Shown here one piece after another: positions 19,313 through 28,550 of a stretch of DNA of 64,000 nucleotides. The number at the start of each line of letters is the position of its first letter. Positions within the stretch are counted from its first letter, which is position 1. The stretch comes from an uncultured Planctomycetota bacterium (GTDB lineage: Bacteria > JAJVIF01 > JAPKYR01). The notes below the pieces were generated by a model that was not told the origin of the DNA, made no database searches, and saw only the letters and a program-made list of their open reading frames with translations. Location: positions 42,109 to 106,108 of the forward strand of contig CAYGZQ010000006.1 in NCBI GenBank assembly GCA_964354375.1. Reading direction: 5' to 3'. The translations under genes were made by a program, and so were the position numbers.

Positions 19313-19381
19313 GGTGCAGCCTCCTTAGACATATGCTTCGAAGCGAAAAACGGAAGCGCCTCCCCGGCGCTTCCTTGATTT
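19313..19381 (+). ncRNA. Putative small RNA with an anti-SD seed (GCAGCCUCCUUA)
   Basis: ECF-type promoter, about 65 nt without an ORF, then the GGAAGCGCC-TCCCC-GGCGCTTCC hairpin and TTGATTT. Confidence 0.35.
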
Positions 19382-19436
19382 GCAGGCGGGCCGGACGATA
19401 TGGTTTTTCAAGGGTCTCTTGGGCTACAATTCATTC

Positions 19437-20867
19437 ATGCGCTCCAATCGAGTCGATCGCTTCACGATATCGGCCGCACTGTTTCTAATGGCCGGTCTGT
19501 GCCTCGTCCTCATCCAGTCGGGCTGCGACTTCCGCCCCAAGGCCCCGACCCGCCTCAGGATTCTTTTCACGAGCGACACGCAGGGCAATTTCACACCCTG
19601 CGGATGCGCGGGAGGTCCCCGCGGCGGCATGGAGCGGAGATCGACCGCGATTCGCCAGGCCCGCGAGACGGCGCCGGGGGCTGTGATTCTCCTGGACACC
19701 GGGAATTTCACAACGGGCCTGGGGAGCGAGGCCGAGCGCGTCAAGGCGGATTATGTCGCCCGCGCGATGGCGGAGATGAGATACGATGCGGTGAATGTGG
19801 GACGCATGGACGCGCGTCGCGCAAGGCTCGGAGTGCATGCCTACGATCGGGAAGGCTTCCCGCTCACTTCCGCAGGATACACGTACAACGACGAACAGAC
19901 CGCAGAGAGACGGTTCTCCTATCCCACGAGAATCGTCGTCGATGAGCAGGGCTTCAAGATCGGTATCGTGGGCAGCCCTCTCGACGAGCTGGACAAAAGC
20001 GACCTGGGATTCGAAAACGAGCCCACTGTCAGATGGGATGAACTGGCGGAGGTCATCGACAATGTGAGCGTCAAGGACGCTACCGGATTGATCATCCTGA
20101 TCTCGGACGTCTCGGTTCCGCTGCAGCAGGCGGCCATCGCGGCTTCGCGGTTCCCGCTCGCGGGCATCGTGATCGCGGGCGAGTCCGCCCCCAGCGAGTA
20201 CGTCGAGGAAAGAAGCGGCGCGGACATCAGTCGACCGATACTCATTCCGCGTGCGGCTAGCTGGGGACGGTCGCTGGGCGTTCTGGACCTCACCCTCTCC
20301 CTGCAGGGAGGGATCACGAGCTATCACATCGAGTACGTGGACCTGAACGAGAGCATCGAGAAGGACCCCGCATTTGCAGCGATGACCGAGGAGTACCTGG
20401 CCGCACTGGAAAAAGCGGGCTTGAGCAAGGTGCCGGAGGTCAGGGAGGCGGGCTACACAGGCTCGAAATCCTGCCAGCCGTGCCATCCCGCGGAGTTCGA
20501 CTCATGGCAGGCCACCCGTCACGCGGGCGCATGGGTGACGCTGGAGGGATCGGGGAGAATACGCGAGACAACCTGCGTTCCGTGCCATGCGACCGGCTAC
20601 GCCGGGACTGACTCCATGCCTGAGCGACTGGTGCCTTACGAGCTCAGGGGAGTGGGCTGCGAATCATGCCACGGTCCGGGCGAGGTCCATATGGCATATC
20701 AGAAATGGAAAATCTACGGTGAGCTTACGGGCGAGGTCCGCGGAGAGGACCTGACCGACCCAATTGTGCGGACTCCCCCTGAGAAGACCTGTACCGCCTG
20801 TCACACCCCGCCATACGACGAAGGATGGGTGTACAGGGTCAAGCTCGATCGAGTTTTCCATGACTGA
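19437..20867 (+). CDS. Tetraheme cytochrome c (c554-like) fused to an N-terminal degenerate 5'-nucleotidase/UshA-like domain; probable lipoprotein
   Basis: QSGC lipobox-like; SDTQGNFTPCGC…GGMERR, LLDTGN; four CxxCH motifs (CQPCH, CVPCH, CESCH, CTACH). Confidence 0.8.
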   Translation: MRSNRVDRFTISAALFLMAGLCLVLIQSGCDFRPKAPTRLRILFTSDTQGNFTPCGCAGGPRGGMERRSTAIRQARETAPGAVILLDTGNFTTGLGSEAERVKADYVARAMAEMRYDAVNVGRMDARRARLGVHAYDREGFPLTSAGYTYNDEQTAERRFSYPTRIVVDEQGFKIGIVGSPLDELDKSDLGFENEPTVRWDELAEVIDNVSVKDATGLIILISDVSVPLQQAAIAASRFPLAGIVIAGESAPSEYVEERSGADISRPILIPRAASWGRSLGVLDLTLSLQGGITSYHIEYVDLNESIEKDPAFAAMTEEYLAALEKAGLSKVPEVREAGYTGSKSCQPCHPAEFDSWQATRHAGAWVTLEGSGRIRETTCVPCHATGYAGTDSMPERLVPYELRGVGCESCHGPGEVHMAYQKWKIYGELTGEVRGEDLTDPIVRTPPEKTCTACHTPPYDEGWVYRVKLDRVFHD

Positions 20868-21768
20868 GAAACCCGAACAGACCGGTGCTCCCGACGGCTG
20901 GGTTCCGAGCCCGCTCGTCGCCATCCCGATCACCCTGCTGATCATTGTCGTGTGGTTCGTGGGATTCGTACTCATCGAACTCGCTTTCATATTACTGAGA
21001 GGTCAAGGGGCGGAACAGGGTCTCGATCTCGCCCTGACCCTGTTCGTATACAGCCTGGTTTTCTGCATTCTCTTCTGGAAACTTCTCGGAGTCGGAGACG
21101 TGTTCAAGGAAATCGGCCTCAAACTGACCCGGTCTCTCCCTGTTCACTGGCTCGGTGGGGCGTTGATCGGAGGTGTCGGCTGCGGTCTTGCGTTTGCTTT
21201 GGTCGCCGTCTTCGGGGGGATTTCGCTTGAGATGTCGCCGCCGCCGGTTACCGAGCGGGCGGAAATCGGGACCTTCTCGTGGCTCGCAGGCATTATTTTT
21301 TTCATACTTTATGCCGGTGAAGAGGAAGTATTTTCGAGGGGACTCATTTACCCGTTTCTGAAGCGCTCCGCGGGGGTCGCGTGGGCTGTTATTGCTTCCT
21401 CCATCGTTTTCAGCCTGTTTCATCTTCTCAACAACGAGTTTTCGCTGCTCGCGTTTCTCGACATCATCCTTGCCGGCGCTTTTCTGGCCCTGATGAGGGA
21501 GCTGACCGGGAATCTGTGGCTCGCATGGGGAGCGCATTTCGGCTGGAATTTCTCGCTTGTGGCGGCGGGGGTGCCGGTAAGCGGAATGATAGCGCGGCTG
21601 AATCCTCAGAACTGGCACACGGCGATGTCGGGACCCGACCGGCTCACCGGCGGAGCGTTCGGACCAGAGGGCGGTCTGAGCGGGATAGTCGCGGACACGG
21701 TGCTCGTGATGATAATGATTCTGCTGATCGTTGAGAGAGACAGACGTGCACGGGTACGAAGATCGTGA
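20860..21768 (+). CDS. CPBP-family (CAAX/Abi) intramembrane metalloprotease
   Basis: EEEVFSRG, FSLFH, AHFGWN, GGAFGPEGG; multiple TM helices. Confidence 0.85.
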   Translation: MTEKPEQTGAPDGWVPSPLVAIPITLLIIVVWFVGFVLIELAFILLRGQGAEQGLDLALTLFVYSLVFCILFWKLLGVGDVFKEIGLKLTRSLPVHWLGGALIGGVGCGLAFALVAVFGGISLEMSPPPVTERAEIGTFSWLAGIIFFILYAGEEEVFSRGLIYPFLKRSAGVAWAVIASSIVFSLFHLLNNEFSLLAFLDIILAGAFLALMRELTGNLWLAWGAHFGWNFSLVAAGVPVSGMIARLNPQNWHTAMSGPDRLTGGAFGPEGGLSGIVADTVLVMIMILLIVERDRRARVRRS

Positions 21769-21786
21769 GAACGGCCGATTCCCTTC

Positions 21787-22980
21787 TCAGTAGCCCTGAT
21801 CGGGAGGAGGCTGGTCGCCGCCGCGGAAGCGCCCTCGCCACTCATCGCCTCCGGGTGGACGGTCGAGCGGCCGGTCGCCGTTACCCATCGGCGGAGGAGG
21901 CATGATCCCCGGCCCTGCATCCTCGGGAGGCTTGGGGATACTGTCGGCAACACGTCGGACAAGCTCGGGGGCGACCTCACCAAGCACCATCACTATCGAA
22001 TTCGGGAAGGCTCTTATCGCCATCGAAGTGTGAAAAATCGATTCGACCTGCTTTGATTTCGATTTCAGCGCCTGGTCAATCGCGCCCGGATCGAAGCCGG
22101 CTTCAGTAAGCCTTTGCCGGGGGAACTGGATTACGGAGATAGTGTTCAGTCCGTCCGAATAGACGACCTGGAAATGTCCGGCTCCCGCCATCGGACCCTG
22201 GGGACCTTTGCGCATCCCGCCCAATCCCGTGCCCGGCAACATGCCCTCGAAATCCATGGACGGCACTAACCCGCCGGACATCCGACCCCCAGCCATTTTG
22301 AAACCGTCCGGCAGCCATTCGGGTAGAACCATGACCGGATTCGTGTCAATGAAATCTTTCACTTCCTCCACAGACATAAGCTTGCGGTCCGCGAGAAACG
22401 GCGGAACCCGAAAGGGCTCTTCCGACCGGCCCGGCCGATCAGAGCTTTCGAAACCGGTTACCCTCTTGTACCGATAGCCGCGGATCAGGCGTCCCCTAAG
22501 ATCCAGCCGTCTCCATCCGAGCGTGTAACCTTCTTTGGGATCCACCCACAGCTCCAGGGAATCGCCCTTGTAGCCGGTGGGCGAGAGCCTCACTCTTTCG
22601 GCCGATCTCCCTGCGACACGTATTCTGCCCATGCCGCGGATCGACAGCCGGTCCAGAAACGCATCGTTGAGCTCCGTCTGCGGGAACATGGTTTCCAGGT
22701 AGCTCTTGAGGAGAGGGTACCTGGGATAATCGGACAGGTCGACCCTGACTCGATACTCGCGCGATCCGAGGCGGTACTCGAGCATTCGCTCTCCGGACGG
22801 AGTGCCCTTCTGAGCGCGATTCCATGCAAGGCGCACGAGGTCCCTGCATTGAGCATTCGAGAGACGTCCGGGTCTCTGCCACCAGAGGAAGGCGGCGAGC
22901 AGGATGACCCCTACGGCAACAATCGCCAGGCCGACAGAGAGGACTATTTTCACCGGTTTCGTCATTTTCGATTCCGTCAA
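21787..22980 (-). CDS. RseB/MucB-like periplasmic sigma-E regulator
   Basis: TM anchor; RVAGRSA..VRL.P, LWVDPKEG, PEWLPDGF, VYSDGLNTISV; follows the anti-sigma gene. Confidence 0.7.
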   Translation of the reverse strand: MTESKMTKPVKIVLSVGLAIVAVGVILLAAFLWWQRPGRLSNAQCRDLVRLAWNRAQKGTPSGERMLEYRLGSREYRVRVDLSDYPRYPLLKSYLETMFPQTELNDAFLDRLSIRGMGRIRVAGRSAERVRLSPTGYKGDSLELWVDPKEGYTLGWRRLDLRGRLIRGYRYKRVTGFESSDRPGRSEEPFRVPPFLADRKLMSVEEVKDFIDTNPVMVLPEWLPDGFKMAGGRMSGGLVPSMDFEGMLPGTGLGGMRKGPQGPMAGAGHFQVVYSDGLNTISVIQFPRQRLTEAGFDPGAIDQALKSKSKQVESIFHTSMAIRAFPNSIVMVLGEVAPELVRRVADSIPKPPEDAGPGIMPPPPMGNGDRPLDRPPGGDEWRGRFRGGDQPPPDQGY

Positions 22981-22983
22981 CCT

Positions 22984-23529
22984 CTATTTTCCAGCAGGCT
23001 CGAAGATGTCGTTGGGGGTGTTTCGAACAACCCTCCAGACGGCGATCGCCTGCCCTCCGGTGGCGGCCGGGTCGGCCATGAAGTCGCCCGACGTCGCCAG
23101 TATGTGATTATCAAGCGCTCCGACGATCATCGCGTCGAACGCGGCATTCTGAAAATTGTCGAGACCGGGAGCAGGCGCGATCTTCGGGGCCTGGTCCCCC
23201 CTCGGCAGGGAAACCAGCAGAACGAGAGCGAGGACGAAGGCGATAGCCGCGACCATCGCAGGGCGGGGATCTCTTTTCCGCGCCGGGCTCGGTATGCCTT
23301 CGGCCTCGAGACGTTCTCTCAGCGCATTTATGAAAGCCTCTCTTTCTCCTTCGGGGACCTCGACAGCCTTCAGATCCCTGAGAAGATCGCGCATCCTGAC
23401 AAGCCGATCGAGCTCCGCGGTGCAATCCGGACATCTCTCGAGGTGATGCTCGATCTCGGCGAACTCGGAGCCCTCGAGCTCGCCGTCAAGATAGGGGTTC
23501 AGAAGCAGTTTGCACTTTTCGCAGTCCAT
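22984..23529 (-). CDS. Zinc-finger (zf-HC2/ZAS) transmembrane anti-sigma factor
   Basis: MDCEKC…YLDGEL…HLERCPDC; single TM segment. Confidence 0.85.
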   Translation of the reverse strand: MDCEKCKLLLNPYLDGELEGSEFAEIEHHLERCPDCTAELDRLVRMRDLLRDLKAVEVPEGEREAFINALRERLEAEGIPSPARKRDPRPAMVAAIAFVLALVLLVSLPRGDQAPKIAPAPGLDNFQNAAFDAMIVGALDNHILATSGDFMADPAATGGQAIAVWRVVRNTPNDIFEPAGK

Positions 23530-23557
23530 GGTTTTCCCGTTCGATTCCGCTCTGATG

Positions 23558-24178
23558 CTATATGGCGTCCATCTCCTCAAGGATTCGCTTCAATTCCGCC
23601 CTGGCGCGCGCGAGTCGGCTTTTCACAGTGCCCATGTTGATGTTCAGGCTCTCCGCGATCTCCTCGTAGGTGAGGCCCTCAAGCTCTCGAAGGACGAGAA
23701 TGTTCTGGAAGATCGGATCGAGTTTCCCCAGCGCGATCCGGACCATCCTGACTCTCTCCGACCGCCCGAGGACGTCCTCAGGCGAGTCCGGGCCGTCGGG
23801 AAGCCTGGCCTCGATCGAGTCCCGCTCCTCCGCACCGTCGAGGCTGACCAGTTCGAGCCGCTTCTTTCGGAGCCTGTCGATGCAGTAATTGGAGGCGATC
23901 CTGAACAGCCATGTATAGAAATTCGAGCGCTTCCCGAACTGTGGGAGAGCCTGGTAGGCCTTGATGAAAATCTCCTGGAGCGCATCATCCAGATCGTCCT
24001 CCCGATGAAGATGATGAAAAACCAGCGCCCGGACGCGCCCGTAGTAGACTCTCACGAGATCCTCGAACGCCTGATTGTCGCCGGAAAGGACACGGGAGAC
24101 GAGGCGGCTGTCGCGCGCCCGCACCGCCATTACACTGTCGGCGGCCTCGCGGGGGGTTATGCGAGTCTCCTCTTTCAC
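23558..24178 (-). CDS. rpoE: ECF sigma factor (RpoE-like); exact start uncertain (GTG 24178 or ATG 24130)
   Basis: AFEDLVRVY, DALQEIFIKAY, FYTWLFRIASN, LRELEGLTYEEIA, GTVKSRLARAR. Confidence 0.85.
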   Translation of the reverse strand: MKEETRITPREAADSVMAVRARDSRLVSRVLSGDNQAFEDLVRVYYGRVRALVFHHLHREDDLDDALQEIFIKAYQALPQFGKRSNFYTWLFRIASNYCIDRLRKKRLELVSLDGAEERDSIEARLPDGPDSPEDVLGRSERVRMVRIALGKLDPIFQNILVLRELEGLTYEEIAESLNINMGTVKSRLARARAELKRILEEMDAI

Positions 24179-24236
24179 GCTCTCGCCGTATCCCTTTTCT
24201 GCGGGACAATCGGCTTCTCCATACCGGGTCGAAAGG

Positions 24237-24264
24237 TTGGACGAATTAGGAACGGCAAAGTTCC
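24237..24264 (-). promoter_or_regulatory. sigmaE-type autoregulatory promoter GGAACTT-15-GTCCAA
   Basis: Matches the RpoE/ECF consensus GAACTT-N16-TCnAA directly upstream of the ECF sigma gene. Confidence 0.7.
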
Positions 24265-24305
24265 CACCGCTCGTGGACAGGACATTCCTGGCGAATCGGG
24301 CATCC

Positions 24306-24701
24306 TCATTGGGTTTTGCTGGGCAGCACGAAATCAATCTCGGTCCCGCCGGAGGACCCCATCGGAAGAAGGATCACGGTGAAGTCGGCGGTATCGAATG
24401 CAAGGGCCTCTTTTCGTTCGTCGCGGGTGACCGGCTGGACGCCCAGAAGCCTGGTGTAGTAGTCCCTGACCTTCTCAATGGAGTCCTGAGTTTCGTAGAC
24501 GTGGGTGGCGCGTCTCACCGAGCCGGGATAGATGGGAAGCCCCTCGTCTTTCACGTCGGAGGCGGTTCCCTCCTCCACGATTCCCCTGGGAAGGCCGCCG
24601 GGTCCGGGCTGGTTGACCTCAACTCGTTTCGGGCAGCCGACAACCAAAGCTAAGCATGCCGCGGTCAGAACAAGCGCCGACAGGCGGGAAAAGCGTCCCA
24701 T
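24306..24701 (-). CDS. Small lipoprotein
   Basis: GGAGG SD; lipobox VVGC; LPIYPGS…YETQDSIEKVRDYY. Confidence 0.7.
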   Translation of the reverse strand: MGRFSRLSALVLTAACLALVVGCPKRVEVNQPGPGGLPRGIVEEGTASDVKDEGLPIYPGSVRRATHVYETQDSIEKVRDYYTRLLGVQPVTRDERKEALAFDTADFTVILLPMGSSGGTEIDFVLPSKTQ

Positions 24702-24725
24702 TGCAGTCCTCCGTTACGACGACCG

Positions 24726-24938
24726 TCAGCCACCCGTATTCTCTGTCGCGGGCGGTGTCGTTGTCTCCCCGCCCGTCGGTTGCTGGCCTGGCTGCTCCTG
24801 CTTGAGCTTCTCCACGTCAACCTGCTGCTCCTTCGAACGATTCGGGTTCTCACCCTCGTATCCTCCGGGCACGCAGGATGACATTGCCGGAACGACAAAC
24901 AGCGCTGCCAGAAGAAGGATTGTGATGAGTCGTCTCAT
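24726..24938 (-). CDS. Small lipoprotein with a low-complexity tail
   Basis: GGAG SD; lipobox MSSC. Confidence 0.6.
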   Translation of the reverse strand: MRRLITILLLAALFVVPAMSSCVPGGYEGENPNRSKEQQVDVEKLKQEQPGQQPTGGETTTPPATENTGG

Positions 24939-25012
24939 AGAACTTGGTCTCCCTGGTCTATAGTCGACATTCTGTCGGTAGGATACGGGCCCATGCTCCC
25001 GTTCTTAAACGG

Positions 25013-25042
25013 ATTATATGAACGTTTAGCCCCGTGTGTCAA
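25013..25042 (-). promoter_or_regulatory. Consensus sigma70 promoter TTGACA-18-TATAAT
   Basis: Both hexamers are perfect; lies upstream of the 24938 lipoprotein and the rpoE region. Confidence 0.7.
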
Positions 25043-25100
25043 GAAAACGGGCTCCGATGTCGGAGCCCGAAGGAGGAAGGAGGAAAAGAGAACAAGAGAA

Positions 25101-26297
25101 TCAGTCCTGGACTTCGATTTCGAAGACGAAGTCGAGCCCATCGCCGTAACAGTCATCGCAGCCGTCCATTACCACGGAGATCGCGTATGGGTAAATCCCC
25201 GGTGGGCCCTTGTACTCATCGTCAGGCCACCGCATCAGGGTCAGAATGTACTCGTATACCCCGTTGTCTTCAGACACCAGCTCGATGTCCTTCCAAATGG
25301 CGCCCCCGTTCCCATACAGGTACGTATACAACCCGAAGTCAAGCCCTGGATGGTGGTATGGATTGCACTCCGCGCAAGGATGCTGGTACAGCTTGAAGTG
25401 AACATATGCGTCCTGTGTTGGACTGACCGGGCCAGAGACGTCAAGAAGCTCGCACCTATAGGGGCCGTGCTGGTTAGCTCGCCGGTCGAAATCTGTTGCC
25501 GGATCAGTCACGGGAGTAACCACAGGCGGCTCCCAATGAGCAATAACCACGTATCCGAACCTAATCTCTTTCCCCTCGGGAAGCCACAATTCATAAGTCC
25601 TTGAGGCAGCGCCGGTTGTGTGGAACATGTTTCTCTGAGAATCCGTATAGTACAGTCGATAGGGCCAGATAAGCACGGTCCCAGGGTACTCGTCCCAGAA
25701 CGACTCGCCCCCGAGCTTGCCCTCGATGAACCACTTCCAGTCCGGCTCATCAGGCCAAAAATTCGGCCAGTTGAAACCGCCTGAATATCCATCTGGATTA
25801 AGCATCTGCGAGCCGCCCTCGTATCTCCATGAGATGCCCCATGGTGCCTTCCCGTATTCCGACGGCCTGACCAGACTCGTGGTGAAGGGAAATTGGATGC
25901 CGCCCTGAACATCGAAGCCGGTATACTCTTTGTGTCCGGGCCAGGGGTGGCGAAGCTGAACCGTGACATCCAGCCTGTTCGGCCCTACGATATTCTTGCT
26001 GACCAACTGCAGGCAGCTTGTGCATGGATTCTGCTCCAGAAATCCCACCACATTCAACTGAAAAGCCACGGATCTCAAGGGGACGAAGCTGACTTCCGAT
26101 CGGTCCGCAGAGATACATCCATCCCAGACTCCCCAAAGGACTTGATTCTCTGGGGGTTGCAATGCAGTCGGGGTCCCCAACGCTGCAGGGAATTGACCGG
26201 AGGCGGAGTTCGCAGGTACAACCGGATCGGCACCGGCACACGAAAGCGCAACAGCGGCAACGAGAAGAACAATTGCAGACAAGATCAAGTGTTTCAC
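25101..26297 (-). CDS. Conserved-family lipoprotein (short form)
   Basis: GGAGGGAGG SD, GTG start; lipobox ALSC; LWGVW, VPLRS…FLEQNPCTSCL, HPWPG..YTGFDVQG, NPDGY, FGYVVIAHWEPP. Confidence 0.75.
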   Translation of the reverse strand: MKHLILSAIVLLVAAVALSCAGADPVVPANSASGQFPAALGTPTALQPPENQVLWGVWDGCISADRSEVSFVPLRSVAFQLNVVGFLEQNPCTSCLQLVSKNIVGPNRLDVTVQLRHPWPGHKEYTGFDVQGGIQFPFTTSLVRPSEYGKAPWGISWRYEGGSQMLNPDGYSGGFNWPNFWPDEPDWKWFIEGKLGGESFWDEYPGTVLIWPYRLYYTDSQRNMFHTTGAASRTYELWLPEGKEIRFGYVVIAHWEPPVVTPVTDPATDFDRRANQHGPYRCELLDVSGPVSPTQDAYVHFKLYQHPCAECNPYHHPGLDFGLYTYLYGNGGAIWKDIELVSEDNGVYEYILTLMRWPDDEYKGPPGIYPYAISVVMDGCDDCYGDGLDFVFEIEVQD

Positions 26298-26339
26298 TGT
26301 AAGCCTCCCTCCATGATTTTACCACGAAATAGCGCCGAC

Positions 26340-26370
26340 AAAAGAAAAACGCCCGGACGGAGCCGGGCGT
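26340..26370 (-). terminator. Intrinsic terminator of lgt
   Basis: ACGCCCGG-6nt-CCGGGCGT hairpin followed by a T-tract on the minus strand. Confidence 0.65.
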
Positions 26371-26402
26371 AGCTGTTCAGTTTTTTGTCGACCGGAGGCG
26401 GC

Positions 26403-27725
26403 CTATAGATCCTTGTCCTCCTCCTCGTCTTCCTCTTCATCGTACGCCAGGTCCTCGTCGGGCTCTCCTTCCCCAGCTTCCTCCTTGCCTTCTTCATCCA
26501 CATGCTCCGCGGCCGCTTCTTCCGCCGGTGCTTCGACCGCTTCCTCTTCGGGCTCCTCTTCCTCCTCCTCCTCTTCCTCAGGTTCGGCCTTGGGTTTGAC
26601 CGCCGGAGCCTTTCCTTCCCTGAGCAGCCTGGTGAGCATCGCCCTGCGCTTCAGGTCCTGCATGAGGAAGAGCGCGACAATGCCCAGAATCAGGCTGGCA
26701 AGCTGAGCCACGGTGATGAACTGCCAGAGGACGATCGATGAGCCGATTTTCTCGAGCTCGGGAGCATCCGGGTTGCCGAATCGGAAGTTCTCGACGAGGA
26801 AACGAAGGACGGAATACAGCCAGACAAACATCAGGAACACGTGTCCCTTGAACGCCTTGTGCTTCCGGAAATTGATCAGGTACCAGAAGATAAGGATGGC
26901 GCCTACGGCCTCGTAGAGCTGAGCGGGATGCCGGGCGTACTGGCCGATCGCCGCGTGACCGGCGTCGTACAGCGCCGCTTTCCAGGCCGGCATGTCGCGC
27001 GCTCCCCACGTCTCCGCGTTCGGGAAGATGAACCAGTTCCTGAAGGGGAAATTGGCGTTGTTGTCGACGGCGTAGCACTTGATGCCGTAGCAGCAGCCGT
27101 TCAGGAAGCAGCCGATGCGTCCGAAGAACATGCCCAGCGGGACACCCGGGATCGCGAAGTCGACAATTCTCCAGTAATCGAGACCCTTGATCCAGCAGTA
27201 AATCCAACCGAAAGCCAGCGCGCCCATGATACCGCCGTGAATCGAGAGCCCGCCTTCGGTGATTTTCAGAACGTTCTTCAGATGCTCGCCGGCGTACTGA
27301 CTCGGCTGCGTGGCGACATAGATGAGCCTCGCACCGATGATCGAGCCGACGATTATGAACACCATGAGGTCCAGGATGGTGTCCGCCTCCACCTGCGGAT
27401 CCTCGCGCTTCCCCTGGACAATCAGCCATATCGTGCCGATCACGAACGACAGCATGAGCATGAAACCGTAGCTGTAGATCGAGATATGCTCGAAGGTATA
27501 GTTGGGCGGATAGTCTTTCGCGAACCACGCCTGGAAAACGAAATACGCGATCGCGTTCCCCACGACCAGGAAACCGAGGCTCAGAACCAGAGCGGCGGTG
27601 AACCGCATCTTCCTCGCGCTGGCGTAGGACTGGGCCAGAGCCAGAAGGAGTAGGCTCACGATGATGAGAAGCAGCCAGAGGGGATTGAGCTGCCTGGAGC
27701 CGAAGTATATTAGAATCTTATACAC
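26403..27725 (-). CDS. lgt: Prolipoprotein diacylglyceryl transferase with extra N-terminal TM segments and a long acidic C-terminal tail
   Basis: IYSYG, GARLIYV, GGLSIHGG, FGRIGCFLNGCCYG, HPAQLYE, RFLVENFR; GGAGG SD and GTG at 27725. Confidence 0.9.
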   Translation of the reverse strand: MYKILIYFGSRQLNPLWLLLIIVSLLLLALAQSYASARKMRFTAALVLSLGFLVVGNAIAYFVFQAWFAKDYPPNYTFEHISIYSYGFMLMLSFVIGTIWLIVQGKREDPQVEADTILDLMVFIIVGSIIGARLIYVATQPSQYAGEHLKNVLKITEGGLSIHGGIMGALAFGWIYCWIKGLDYWRIVDFAIPGVPLGMFFGRIGCFLNGCCYGIKCYAVDNNANFPFRNWFIFPNAETWGARDMPAWKAALYDAGHAAIGQYARHPAQLYEAVGAILIFWYLINFRKHKAFKGHVFLMFVWLYSVLRFLVENFRFGNPDAPELEKIGSSIVLWQFITVAQLASLILGIVALFLMQDLKRRAMLTRLLREGKAPAVKPKAEPEEEEEEEEEPEEEAVEAPAEEAAAEHVDEEGKEEAGEGEPDEDLAYDEEEDEEEDKDL

Positions 27726-27920
27726 ATACGCCTCCGCGTGCGTCCATGCCGGGCGCGCGCTTTTTGGGCACACGTATTATCATCCGGCCGAGTGCCCGGT
27801 TCAACGAATCAGGAAGCATATCAGTATAACTTCGGGATAGTCAACCCCGTGGGGGGTAACCGGCGACAGGAATCCACTGCAGACCGCCCCGGGGGGAAGT
27901 CCACATTCCTGAACGGCTGG

Positions 27921-28370
27921 TCAAAACTCATGCGCCAGGTCTTCAAGGATCGGGACAGCTGCAACGCCTGCGATCAGGATGATGAGGAGAAACAGCACAC
28001 CGAGGATGAGAAGGATGATGTTGATCCAGAACGTCACGACGAGGAATCCGACGCCGGGAAGGGACTGTCCGGCCAGTTTTTCCATCCTTCTTCCCTCGCT
28101 CATGACGACGATATTGACGATAAACCCGGGCAGCCAAAAGAGGCCGTAGAGGAAAAGTATGAGGACGTAGGCGATCTCGTAGCTGTGCATTCTGGCCATA
28201 GCCTGCTCGGGACCGCCGCCGGAGTAATATGCCGGCTGAGCTGGCTGCCGGGGATACTGGGGCGGCGGATACTGAGGCTGCTGAAGCCTCTGCTGGGGAT
28301 ACTGCTGCTGATACTGGTCAGGCTGATTTGTCTCAGGCTGATCGTACTGGGGCTCGACTGGATAAGACAT
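27921..28370 (-). CDS. Membrane protein with a Q/P/Y-rich N-terminus; paralog of the 28551 gene
   Basis: AAGGAGGAG SD; MARMHSY…FWLPGFIVNI…MEKLAGQSLPG. Confidence 0.7.
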   Translation of the reverse strand: MSYPVEPQYDQPETNQPDQYQQQYPQQRLQQPQYPPPQYPRQPAQPAYYSGGGPEQAMARMHSYEIAYVLILFLYGLFWLPGFIVNIVVMSEGRRMEKLAGQSLPGVGFLVVTFWINIILLILGVLFLLIILIAGVAAVPILEDLAHEF

Positions 28371-28550
28371 TTGGACGGCTCCTCCTTGATGTCCCGGGGT
28401 CGAGAGCGCCCGGGTATGAGTGGACAAGACACAGACTGATTTTCATGGCAAACGCCGAAATGAGACTTCCATCTCTCCGACGCGGCGGACATATAGGCGG
28501 CACGAGGACCAAGCAGGAGTTACTCACCCCTGAAATCGCGCCGTTGGGTT

